From a virus (taxonomy: Duplodnaviria; Heunggongvirae; Uroviricota; Caudoviricetes): DNA of 6,621 nt. The position numbers were made by a program, and so were the translations under genes. Of the stretch, positions 1 to 6,022 are shown one piece after another (the first letter of the stretch is position 1; every line of letters begins with the position of its first letter). The DNA is taken from the IMG/VR virus record IMGVR_UViG_2563366937_000004, positions 1 to 6,621 of that record. One strand, 5' to 3'. The notes under the pieces were generated by a model. It was not told the origin of the DNA, did no database searches, and saw nothing but the letters and a program-made list of their open reading frames with translations.

Positions 1-760
1 ATCCGAGCCTCTCGTCAAACTGCTGGAGGAAAATGCTTATCGTGAGCTTATCTGGCGTCAGCGTGTGAATGAGGCCGCACGGGCGGTGATGCTGGCCTGT
101 GCCACCGGTAATGACCTTGATGTGATTGGTGCCAATTACAACACCACACGCCTGATTATCACCCCGGCAGATGATTCGACCCTCCCGCCGACACCGGCCG
201 TGATGGAATCTGACACCGATTATCGTCTGCGTATTCAGCAGGCGTTTGAAGGTTTAAGCGTCGCCGGGTCGGTGGGAGCCTATCAGTATCATGGTCGCAG
301 TGCCGACGGGCGTGTCGCGGATATCTCTGTCACCAGTCCGTCTCCGGCCTGTGTCACTATCTCCGTGCTGTCCCGCGAAAATAACGGTGTCGCATCCGAA
401 GACCTGCTGGCGGTGGTGCGTAACGCCCTTAATGGCGAGGACGTCAGGCCGGTGGCCGACCGCGTGACCGTGCAGTCTGCCGCCATTGTTGAATACCAGA
501 TAAACGCCACGCTGTATCTTTACCCTGGTCCCGAAAGCGAACCCATTCGCGCGGCCGCCGTGAAAAAGCTGGAAGCGTACATCACGGCACAGCACCGGCT
601 GGGGCGCGACATCCGTCTGTCTGCCATTTATGCCGCTTTGCATGTGGAAGGTGTGCAGCGTGTCGAACTGGCTGCACCGCTGGCCGACATCGTGCTCAAC
701 AGTACGCAGGCGTCTTTCTGTACCGAATACCGCGTCGTGACCGGAGGCTCGGATGAGTGA
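1..760 (+). CDS. J: Baseplate assembly protein J (gpJ-like), 5'-truncated by the window edge. The reading frame is open from position 2 through the TGA at 758-760.
   Basis: The frame containing the 65..760 ORF has no stop back to position 2, so the gene starts upstream of the window. Codon usage is GC-rich and enterobacterial. It sits immediately upstream of an I-like gene with an overlapping ATGA junction and of H, G and FI in P2 order. The call rests mainly on synteny and size, not on a search. Confidence 0.8.
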   Translation, partial: SEPLVKLLEENAYRELIWRQRVNEAARAVMLACATGNDLDVIGANYNTTRLIITPADDSTLPPTPAVMESDTDYRLRIQQAFEGLSVAGSVGAYQYHGRSADGRVADISVTSPSPACVTISVLSRENNGVASEDLLAVVRNALNGEDVRPVADRVTVQSAAIVEYQINATLYLYPGPESEPIRAAAVKKLEAYITAQHRLGRDIRLSAIYAALHVEGVQRVELAAPLADIVLNSTQASFCTEYRVVTGGSDE

Positions 761-1283
761 TTCGCGACTGCTGCCGACCGGCTCATCACCGCTTGAGGTC
801 GCCGCCGCAAAAGCCTGTGCGGAAATTGAAAAGACACCGGTCAGTATTCGTGAGCTGTGGAACCCGGACACCTGCCCGGCAAATCTGCTGCCGTGGCTGG
901 CGTGGGCGTTTTCGGTCGACAGGTGGGATGAAAAGTGGCCGGAAGCAACAAAACGCGCCGTTATCCGCGATGCCTATTTCATCCACTGTCATAAAGGCAC
1001 TATCGGCGCAATCCGGCGTGTGGTGGAGCCGCTCGGCTATCTCATTAACGTAAAGGAATGGTGGGAGACAAACGACCCGGCCGGAACCTTTCGCCTTGAT
1101 ATCGGTGTGCTGGAAAGCGGTATCACAGAGGAGATGTATCTGGAAATGGAACGGCTGATTGCCGATGCCAAACCCGCAAGTCGCCACCTTATCGGCCTGA
1201 ACATTATCCAGGACATTCCCGGCTGTCTGTATACAGGCGGTGTGGTCTGTGATGGTGATGTTATTACTGTTTATCCCGGATAA
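753..1283 (+). CDS. I: Baseplate protein I (gpI-like), 176 aa.
   Basis: ATG at 753 overlaps the J stop (ATGAGTGA), with GGAGG at 743-747 as the Shine-Dalgarno. The 176-aa length matches P2 gpI as I recall it. Its position between J and H fits the P2 gene order. Confidence 0.8.
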   Translation: MSDSRLLPTGSSPLEVAAAKACAEIEKTPVSIRELWNPDTCPANLLPWLAWAFSVDRWDEKWPEATKRAVIRDAYFIHCHKGTIGAIRRVVEPLGYLINVKEWWETNDPAGTFRLDIGVLESGITEEMYLEMERLIADAKPASRHLIGLNIIQDIPGCLYTGGVVCDGDVITVYPG

Positions 1284-1293
1284 GTGAGAAACA

Positions 1294-3912
1294 ATGAGCA
1301 CGAAATTTAAAACCGTTATCACTACTGCCGGAGCCGCAAAGCTGGCAGCCGCCACTGTCCCCGGCGGGAAAAAAGTAACCCTGTCTGCAATGGCCGTGGG
1401 TGACGGTAATGGCAAATTGCCGGTGCCGGATGCCGGTCAGACGAAACTGGTGCATGAGGTCTGGCGTCACGCCCTGAATAAAGTCAGCGTGGATAATAAG
1501 AATAAAAACTATATCGTGGCTGAACTGGTTGTACCGCCCGAAGTGGGCGGCTTCTGGATGCGTGAGCTTGGCCTGTATGACGATGCCGGAACACTGATTG
1601 CGGTCGCCAACATGGCAGAAAGCTATAAGCCTGAACTCGCTGAAGGCTCCGGGCGTGCGCAGACCTGCCGCATGGTTATTATTGTCAGTAACGTGGCGTC
1701 CGTTGAGCTGAGTATTGATGCCAGCACAGTGATGGCGACGCAGGATTACGTCGATGACAAAATCGCAGAACATGAGCAGTCCCGCCGCCATCCTGACGCC
1801 ACGCTGACAGAAAAAGGCTTTACTCAGTTAAGCAGTGCAACAAACAGCACCAGTGAGTCATTGGCGGCAACGCCAAAAGCGGTCAAGGCAGCAAATGACA
1901 ACGCAAATTCACGTCTGGCGAAAAATCAGAATGGTGCAGATATCCAGGATAAATCAGCTTTTCTGGACAATGTTGGCGTTACCAGCCTGACGTTTATGAA
2001 AAACAATGGCGAAATGCCGCTTGATGCCGACCTGAATACATTTGGTCCTGTTAAGGCTTATCTGGGGATCTGGTCTAAAGCTACCTCAACTAACGCAACA
2101 CTGGAGAAAAATTTCCCGGAAGATAATGCTGTCGGTGTGCTTGAGGTTTTTGCTGCCGGCAATTTTGCAGGTACGCAACGCTTTACCACGAGAGACGGCA
2201 ATGTATACATACGCAGACTCGCCAATAAGTGGAATGGCTCTGATGGTCCGTGGGGCATATGGCGTCACACTCAATCAGCTACCCGCCCTTTGAGTACGAC
2301 TATAGACCTGAATACGCTTGGAGCCGCCGAACATCTTGGTTTATGGCGTAACAGTAGCTCGGCTATAGCTTCATATGAACGCAATTATCCAGAGGAAGGC
2401 GGCTTTGCTCAGGGGACGCTTGAGATCCTCGAAGGCGGGAATTATGGAAGAACGCAACGTTATACCACTCGCCGTGGAAATATGTATGTCCGCTGCCTTG
2501 CGGCAAGCTGGGATGCATCAAATCCGCAGTGGGAACCGTGGTTAAGAGTCGGTCATCAGTCAGAGAGTCGTTATTACGAAGGTGATTTAAATGTTCTAAC
2601 CGACCCCGGTATTTACAGTGTTACAGGAAAGGCAACAAACGGTCCGATGCTGGACACCGTTGGCGCGACACTACTTGGGATACTGGAAGTAATCAGACGT
2701 TTTGATGGTGTGTCTGTCTGGCAGCGTTACACAACCACAGGGAAATCAGAAACCACACAGGGGCGCACTTTTGAGCGCGTCTACGCCGGGAGCAAATGGA
2801 CCGAATGGCGAGAAGTATATAACTCCTTTTCGTTGCCTCTGAATCTGGGCATCGGTGGCGCAGTGGCAAAACTATCCAGTCTGGACTGGCAGACCTACGA
2901 CTTTGTGCCGGGCAGTCTGATAACCGTTCGGCTTGATAACATGACCAACATTCCCGACGGTATGGACTGGGGCGTCATTGATGGCAACCTGATAAACATC
3001 GCAGTGGGTCCGAGTGATGATTCCGGTACGGGGCGCTCAATGCATGTATGGCGCAGCACTGTAAGTAAAGCCAACTACCGCTTTTTTATGGCGCGCATTT
3101 CAGGAAATCCGGGAAGCCGCACGATTACAGCAAGACGAGTACCAATCATTGACGAAGCCCAGACATGGGGCGCGAAACAGACATTCAGCGGTGGCCTTTC
3201 AGGTGAGCTGTCCGGCAATGCTGCTACAGCAACAAAGCTGAAAACGGCAAGGACAATTAACGGCGTAAAATTTGACGGCTCGGCAAATATTGAAGCGTTT
3301 CCGCCAGGTGTTCCGCTGCCGTGGCCATCAGATACACCACCTGCAGGCTATGCAATTATGCAAGGCCAGACGTTTGATAAAGCAGCATATCCGAAACTGG
3401 CTATTGCCTATCCTTCTGGTGTTATTCCTGATATGCGCGGCTGGACAATCAAGGGCAAACCCGCCAGTGGGCGAGCCGTATTGTCACAGGAACAGGACGG
3501 GATTAAATCACATACTCACAGTGCCAGTGCGTCAAATACGGACTTAGGAACGAAAACGACCAGTTCATTTGATTACGGCACGAAGACAGTCAGTACGTTT
3601 AACTACGGAACAAAAACCACTAATACCACTGGTAACCATACACATACCATTTACAGAGGGAATGCCAATACTAATGGTGAAACCGGTAAAACAGGCTTTG
3701 ACAACCCATCGTTTAATGGCACATCAGGAGCTGCCGGGAATCATGCCCACACGGTAGATATTGGTGCACATAATCATACTGTTGGTATTGGTGCACATTC
3801 ACACACGGTTGCTATTGGCTCACACGGGCACTCTATTACCGTTAATGCTACAGGTAATACAGAAAACACCGTCAAAAACATCGCATTTAACTATATTGTG
3901 AGGCTTGCATAA
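1294..3912 (+). CDS. H: Tail fiber protein H (gpH-like), 872 aa, mosaic: P2-type N-terminal anchor, three tandem knob-like domains, and a C-terminal His-rich receptor-binding tip of T-even gp37/gp12 type.
   Basis: The N-terminus ([20 protein letters not shown] ... [37 protein letters not shown] ... [21 protein letters not shown]) matches the conserved P2 gpH N-terminal domain from memory. The C-terminus carries GTKT repeats and HxH repeats ([35 protein letters not shown]). It is the largest ORF, sits directly upstream of a Tfa-type chaperone gene, and its stop overlaps the G start. Confidence 0.9.
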   Translation: MSTKFKTVITTAGAAKLAAATVPGGKKVTLSAMAVGDGNGKLPVPDAGQTKLVHEVWRHALNKVSVDNKNKNYIVAELVVPPEVGGFWMRELGLYDDAGTLIAVANMAESYKPELAEGSGRAQTCRMVIIVSNVASVELSIDASTVMATQDYVDDKIAEHEQSRRHPDATLTEKGFTQLSSATNSTSESLAATPKAVKAANDNANSRLAKNQNGADIQDKSAFLDNVGVTSLTFMKNNGEMPLDADLNTFGPVKAYLGIWSKATSTNATLEKNFPEDNAVGVLEVFAAGNFAGTQRFTTRDGNVYIRRLANKWNGSDGPWGIWRHTQSATRPLSTTIDLNTLGAAEHLGLWRNSSSAIASYERNYPEEGGFAQGTLEILEGGNYGRTQRYTTRRGNMYVRCLAASWDASNPQWEPWLRVGHQSESRYYEGDLNVLTDPGIYSVTGKATNGPMLDTVGATLLGILEVIRRFDGVSVWQRYTTTGKSETTQGRTFERVYAGSKWTEWREVYNSFSLPLNLGIGGAVAKLSSLDWQTYDFVPGSLITVRLDNMTNIPDGMDWGVIDGNLINIAVGPSDDSGTGRSMHVWRSTVSKANYRFFMARISGNPGSRTITARRVPIIDEAQTWGAKQTFSGGLSGELSGNAATATKLKTARTINGVKFDGSANIEAFPPGVPLPWPSDTPPAGYAIMQGQTFDKAAYPKLAIAYPSGVIPDMRGWTIKGKPASGRAVLSQEQDGIKSHTHSASASNTDLGTKTTSSFDYGTKTVSTFNYGTKTTNTTGNHTHTIYRGNANTNGETGKTGFDNPSFNGTSGAAGNHAHTVDIGAHNHTVGIGAHSHTVAIGSHGHSITVNATGNTENTVKNIAFNYIVRLA
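2029..2823 (+). repeat. Three tandem protein-level repeats of about 80 aa inside H (about aa 246-328, 338-421 and 430-510), each starting with a DLN[TV]L motif: knob-like tail fiber domains.
   Basis: Aligning by eye, each copy shares DLNTxG ... G(I/L)W ... N(F/Y)PE ... G(V/T)LE(V/I) ... G(T/R)TQR(F/Y)TTRxGN(V/M)Y(I/V)R ... W ... W. Copies 1 and 2 are close; copy 3 is more diverged. Confidence 0.6.
3547..3618 (+). repeat. In-frame tandem 30-bp repeat, about 2.5 copies, encoding [10 protein letters not shown] / [10 protein letters not shown] / GTKTT within the H tip.
   Basis: Direct reading: ggaacgaaaacgaccagttcatttgattac / ggcacgaagacagtcagtacgtttaactac / ggaacaaaaaccact. Confidence 0.7.
3757..3837 (+). 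repeat. In-frame tandem 27-bp repeat, 3 copies, encoding the His-box units DIGAHNHTV / GIGAHSHTV / [10 protein letters not shown] further diverged unit GNHAHTV lies immediately upstream.
   Basis: Direct reading: gatattggtgcacataatcatactgtt / ggtattggtgcacattcacacacggtt / gctattggctcacacgggcactctatt. Confidence 0.75.
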
Positions 3913-4490
3913 TGGCTTTCAGAATGAGTGCAGAAGCACAAACTATCCGCGTATTTAATTTACTTGATGGAACCAATGAATTTATTGGGGAAAGTGATGC
4001 GTATATTCCACCGTATACAGGTCTGCCTGCAAACAGTACAGATATTGCGCCGCCTGATATTCCTGCTGGTTATGCAGCCGTTTTCAATGCAGATGAAATG
4101 AAATGGGAACTGATGGAAGACCATCGCGGAAAGACCGTCTATGAAACGAAAACGGGAGCAGCCATTTATATTTCTGAACTTGGCGTATTACCTCCAGACG
4201 TGACAGCTATTTCCCCGGAGGGGGATTATCAGAAATGGAACGGAAATGCGTGGGTGAATGATGAGAATGCAGAGCGTGATGCACTTGTCAGAGCGGCGGA
4301 GTCTCAGAAGAAAGAGCTGATTGCATATGCAGGTGAAATTATTGCCACGCTGCAGGATGCTGTCGATTTAGATATGGCTACCGAGGAAGAAAAGTTAAGT
4401 CTGACACACTGGAAAAAATACCGTGTGCTACTGAATCGCGTTCAGCCGGAAGATGCTCCGGATATAGAATGGCCGGAAATGCCGCGATAA
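3912..4490 (+). CDS. G: Tail fiber assembly protein / chaperone (gpG, Tfa family), 192 aa.
   Basis: ATG at 3912 overlaps the H stop (TAATG). It lies immediately downstream of the tail fiber gene. The C-terminus ([26 protein letters not shown]) resembles the conserved Tfa C-terminal motif found in P2 G, lambda Tfa and Mu U-type chaperones. Confidence 0.85.
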   Translation: MAFRMSAEAQTIRVFNLLDGTNEFIGESDAYIPPYTGLPANSTDIAPPDIPAGYAAVFNADEMKWELMEDHRGKTVYETKTGAAIYISELGVLPPDVTAISPEGDYQKWNGNAWVNDENAERDALVRAAESQKKELIAYAGEIIATLQDAVDLDMATEEEKLSLTHWKKYRVLLNRVQPEDAPDIEWPEMPR

Positions 4491-4504
4491 ATTGTATTAG
4501 CTCG

Positions 4505-4575
4505 GATGTGAGTTTACACATCTATAGCACAGAGTAAAACCTAATCTGGCTGTCCGCTCTGTGCTAGGAGCGGAC
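4505..4575 (+). promoter_or_regulatory. Cluster of inverted repeats just downstream of G: gatgtg-N6-cacatc (4505-4522), and a 9-bp GC-rich stem tgtccgctc / gagcggaca (4551-4559 / 4568-4576) whose left arm can alternatively pair with agcacagag (4526-4534).
   Basis: Reverse-complement matches checked by hand. No U-tract follows the GC-rich stem, so it is not a canonical intrinsic terminator. It could be an operator, an RNA structure or a weak terminator or attenuator. Confidence 0.3.
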
Positions 4576-4599
4576 ATTACCAAGTAACATGCCTTAATC

Positions 4600-4746
4600 A
4601 AAAGGAAATGGTTAATATATGCCATCATTGTTTGAAAAATACGCAGTCATATATTGCTATGAACATTGTTGGTGCATTAATTTGCTTAAGAAACTACAAT
4701 TAAGCATCATAAAACACTCTTATGACTTTTAAGGCTCTACCGTATC
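4600..4746 (+). promoter_or_regulatory. AT-rich leader upstream of the cargo operon; possible own promoter. No compelling -35/-10 pair was identified.
   Basis: A roughly 250-bp non-coding AT-rich gap separates the G stop from the first cargo ORF. Candidate hexamers (TTGAAA at 4632-4637, TACAAT at 4695-4700) exist, but their spacing is not canonical. Confidence 0.2.
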
Positions 4747-5154
4747 ATGGCTAAGCGGATTCCTGGTGTTAGTAAAGAATGGTCTAACTATCTCCTTTGT
4801 TTATTATTACATATGTCTTTACCTCTCTTACCTTTGGGGTTCGAGACACTTGTGCGTTCCGATCACTTGCCATCAATACAAACATTAAATATTACAGCGG
4901 CGTTTTATGCGATCTCGATAGGGCTTTCTTCTAAGAACGTTGCTATGTTTGGTTTGGGTATATTCGTGAGCATTTGTTTCTCTGTTGTATTTGGGATTGT
5001 TTCTTCAAATCCTAATTCTGATCCTAATCTTAATTTTAATGATAACTTGTATTTTTATTCTCCAATTGCGTGTATTGTTGCTATATTTGTTATACATGCA
5101 TGTGAACGATATAACAGGCATGTTGCTGATTGTACACCATTTTTTGAGTTTTAA
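4747..5154 (+). CDS. Hypothetical small multi-pass inner-membrane protein, 135 aa, about 4 predicted TM helices.
   Basis: A 135-aa ORF in AT-rich DNA, where random ORFs are short. Hydrophobic segments: LLCLLLHMSLPLLPLGF, ITAAFYAISIGL, VAMFGLGIFVSICFSVVFGIVS, PIACIVAIFVIHAC. The N-terminus is positively charged (AKRIPGVSKEW). The Shine-Dalgarno is weak (AAGG at 4731-4734), so the exact start is uncertain; ATG 4813 is an alternative. Confidence 0.55.
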   Translation: MAKRIPGVSKEWSNYLLCLLLHMSLPLLPLGFETLVRSDHLPSIQTLNITAAFYAISIGLSSKNVAMFGLGIFVSICFSVVFGIVSSNPNSDPNLNFNDNLYFYSPIACIVAIFVIHACERYNRHVADCTPFFEF

Positions 5155-5163
5155 GGGGGTGCT

Positions 5164-5655
5164 ATGATTGATACAATTATCCCAGTAATACTATCAATTC
5201 TCCCGGCAATACTATCTATATTTAGCTTAGTAGCTGTTTTTATAGGTGCATTAGTATCTATCAGGTCTGTTAAAAAAAGACGTGAAATAGAAGTTCAGCT
5301 TTTTAATGAGATAATAAATCAACAAATTAAACAAACTAAAAGCAACCGTAAAAAGGATCTTGAAAATAGTGTTAATGAAATAGAAAATGAACTCAAGAGA
5401 AGAGTTGATATTTTGAATAAAATGCAAAAAGATCTAGAAGCAGTTTCAGAGAACAAATACTATTTTGATAAAGCAAAATTTCTTCGAAATGTCAAGTATG
5501 GAGAGTATTTATTAGAGATAAATGAAGCTGTGAATAATATTGATAATAAAAACAAACACTTACTAAATAACGCTCTTAATCAAAGCTCTGAGATTGGAAA
5601 AGTAAGATATCTTGGAAGAATAACAAAGGAAGCACTGGAAAAAACAGTAGGCTGA
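5164..5655 (+). CDS. Hypothetical membrane-anchored coiled-coil protein, 163 aa: one N-terminal TM helix followed by a charged K/E/N-rich, probably alpha-helical domain.
   Basis: Strong Shine-Dalgarno AAGGGGG (5153-5159) sits 4 nt before ATG 5164 and overlaps the upstream gene's TAA (5152-5154), indicating translational coupling. The TM segment is IIPVILSILPAILSIFSLVAVFIGALVSI, followed by RSVKKRRE (positive-inside) and then a heptad-like charged sequence. Confidence 0.65.
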   Translation: MIDTIIPVILSILPAILSIFSLVAVFIGALVSIRSVKKRREIEVQLFNEIINQQIKQTKSNRKKDLENSVNEIENELKRRVDILNKMQKDLEAVSENKYYFDKAKFLRNVKYGEYLLEINEAVNNIDNKNKHLLNNALNQSSEIGKVRYLGRITKEALEKTVG

Positions 5656-5838
5656 TCATTTTTTCCGCTCGTAATAGATAAACTCAAAGGTTCTTTTTGA
5701 GAGCCTTTGAGTTTCAATCTTACCAATATTACTCACCATTTCTTTAGCAGCAATTTGGGGACTATAACTTCTACTTCTTGCTGTGAGTTCAACCGATGGA
5801 TACAACACATTGGCTAAAACGCCCTGTGGGTGATTCAT
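5656..5838 (-). CDS. Questionable small ORF (60 aa), convergent with the cargo operon; possible small protein or remnant.
   Basis: ORF bounded by an in-frame stop 2 codons upstream of its ATG. There is no convincing Shine-Dalgarno. Its stop abuts the stop of the 5164..5655 gene within the palindrome TGATCA (5653-5658). GC content is intermediate. No recognisable motifs. Confidence 0.2.
   Translation of the reverse strand: MNHPQGVLANVLYPSVELTARSRSYSPQIAAKEMVSNIGKIETQRLSKRTFEFIYYERKK
5682..5712 (+). terminator. Hairpin (9-bp stem actcaaagg / cctttgagt, 13-nt loop) 27 nt downstream of the cargo operon stop; weak terminator candidate.
   Basis: Reverse-complement arms verified by hand. The loop is large and the downstream T-tract is poor, so confidence is low. 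Confidence 0.25.
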
Positions 5839-5898
5839 AGTCTAGCGTTTGGACTCCGTAAATTCACAGTTGGAAACTGAGCGAGTACAAATCAAGGC

Positions 5899-5926
5899 AG
5901 GCGGGCTGATTGCCCGCCTTTTCTTT
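5899..5926 (+). terminator. Rho-independent terminator: 8-bp GC-rich stem (aggcgggc / gcccgcct), 5-nt loop (tgatt), followed by a T-tract (tttctttat).
   Basis: Arms at 5899-5906 and 5912-5919 are exact reverse complements, with a T-rich run at 5919-5930. It is positioned where the tail fiber transcription unit would be expected to end, before the FI promoter. Confidence 0.6.
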
Positions 5927-6022
5927 ATCTGTTGTTTCATCCACTGGCCAGCCAGGCCAAATAGCGTCTCATGCTCTGCACAACAGAAAATAGTTGCACC
6001 CATTAACCACGGAGTTAAACGG
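5927..6022 (+). promoter_or_regulatory. Putative late promoter and leader of the tail sheath operon, with FI Shine-Dalgarno GGAG at 6011-6014. Contains inverted repeats ctgttgt (5929-5935) / acaacag (5980-5986) and tggcc (5945-5949) / ggcca (5955-5959).
   Basis: Position between a terminator and FI start. In P2, FI heads a separate late operon activated by Ogr. I could not find an exact TGT-N12-ACA Ogr-type site, so the promoter assignment is by position only. Confidence 0.3.

Larger units (their letters stand above)
4491..5898. other. AT-rich accessory (cargo) segment at the G/FI junction of the P2-like tail module; putative horizontally acquired moron or defence hotspot.
   Basis: There is an abrupt drop in GC at the G stop codon, visible by eye: flanking tail genes look about 50-55% GC and this segment about 30-35%. 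GC recovers toward the terminator and FI. The ORFs here have AT-rich, N/K/I-rich codon usage unlike the structural genes. Confidence 0.65.

Noticed and set aside
757-1053. + strand 98-aa ORF in an alternative frame inside gene I.
   Set aside because: Out-of-frame overlap with a conserved baseplate gene. The Arg-rich translation is typical of an off-frame reading of GC-rich coding sequence.
254-1791. Long minus-strand ORFs (254..871, 289..510, 628..837, 786..1415, 1264..1791) antisense to J, I and the start of H.
   Set aside because: They lie entirely within well-supported + strand structural genes in GC-rich DNA, where antisense frames are often open by chance. They have no Shine-Dalgarno and their composition is odd (Arg/Gly/Thr-rich).
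2042-3757. Internal ORFs within H on both strands (2042..2293 +, 2058..2258 -, 2086..2274 -, 3272..3547 +, 3569..3757 +).
   Set aside because: They are embedded in the tail fiber gene, whose own frame shows conserved domain repeats. No independent start signals.
3757-3837. Possibility that the 27-bp tandem repeats are a CRISPR array or a non-coding satellite.
   Set aside because: The repeats are contiguous with no spacers, sit in-frame within H, and encode the recurring HxH peptide unit. They are coding tandem repeats.
4985-5167. 60-aa extremely hydrophobic ORF (LFLQILILILILIL...) overlapping the first cargo gene in another frame.
   Set aside because: This is a by-product of the T-rich coding strand. 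The overlapping 135-aa frame has a coherent TM/loop architecture and is coupled to the downstream gene.
5272-5278. A7 homopolymer inside the 163-aa gene as a phase-variation switch.
   Set aside because: Seven As is short for efficient slipped-strand phase variation, and the tract simply encodes Lys-Lys-Arg at the stop-transfer. No supporting evidence.
4491-5930. Identification of the cargo as the P2 Z/fun gene itself.
   Set aside because: I do not recognise either protein as Z/fun from memory. The locus contains two co-oriented membrane-protein genes rather than a single gene, so only the position is shared. Left as unresolved rather than asserted.
4491-6022. tRNA gene, attachment site, or integrase/transposase remnants flanking the cargo.
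   Set aside because: No cloverleaf-like tRNA, no long direct repeats at the two boundaries, and no recombinase-like ORF could be found by eye. The insertion mechanism is unknown.
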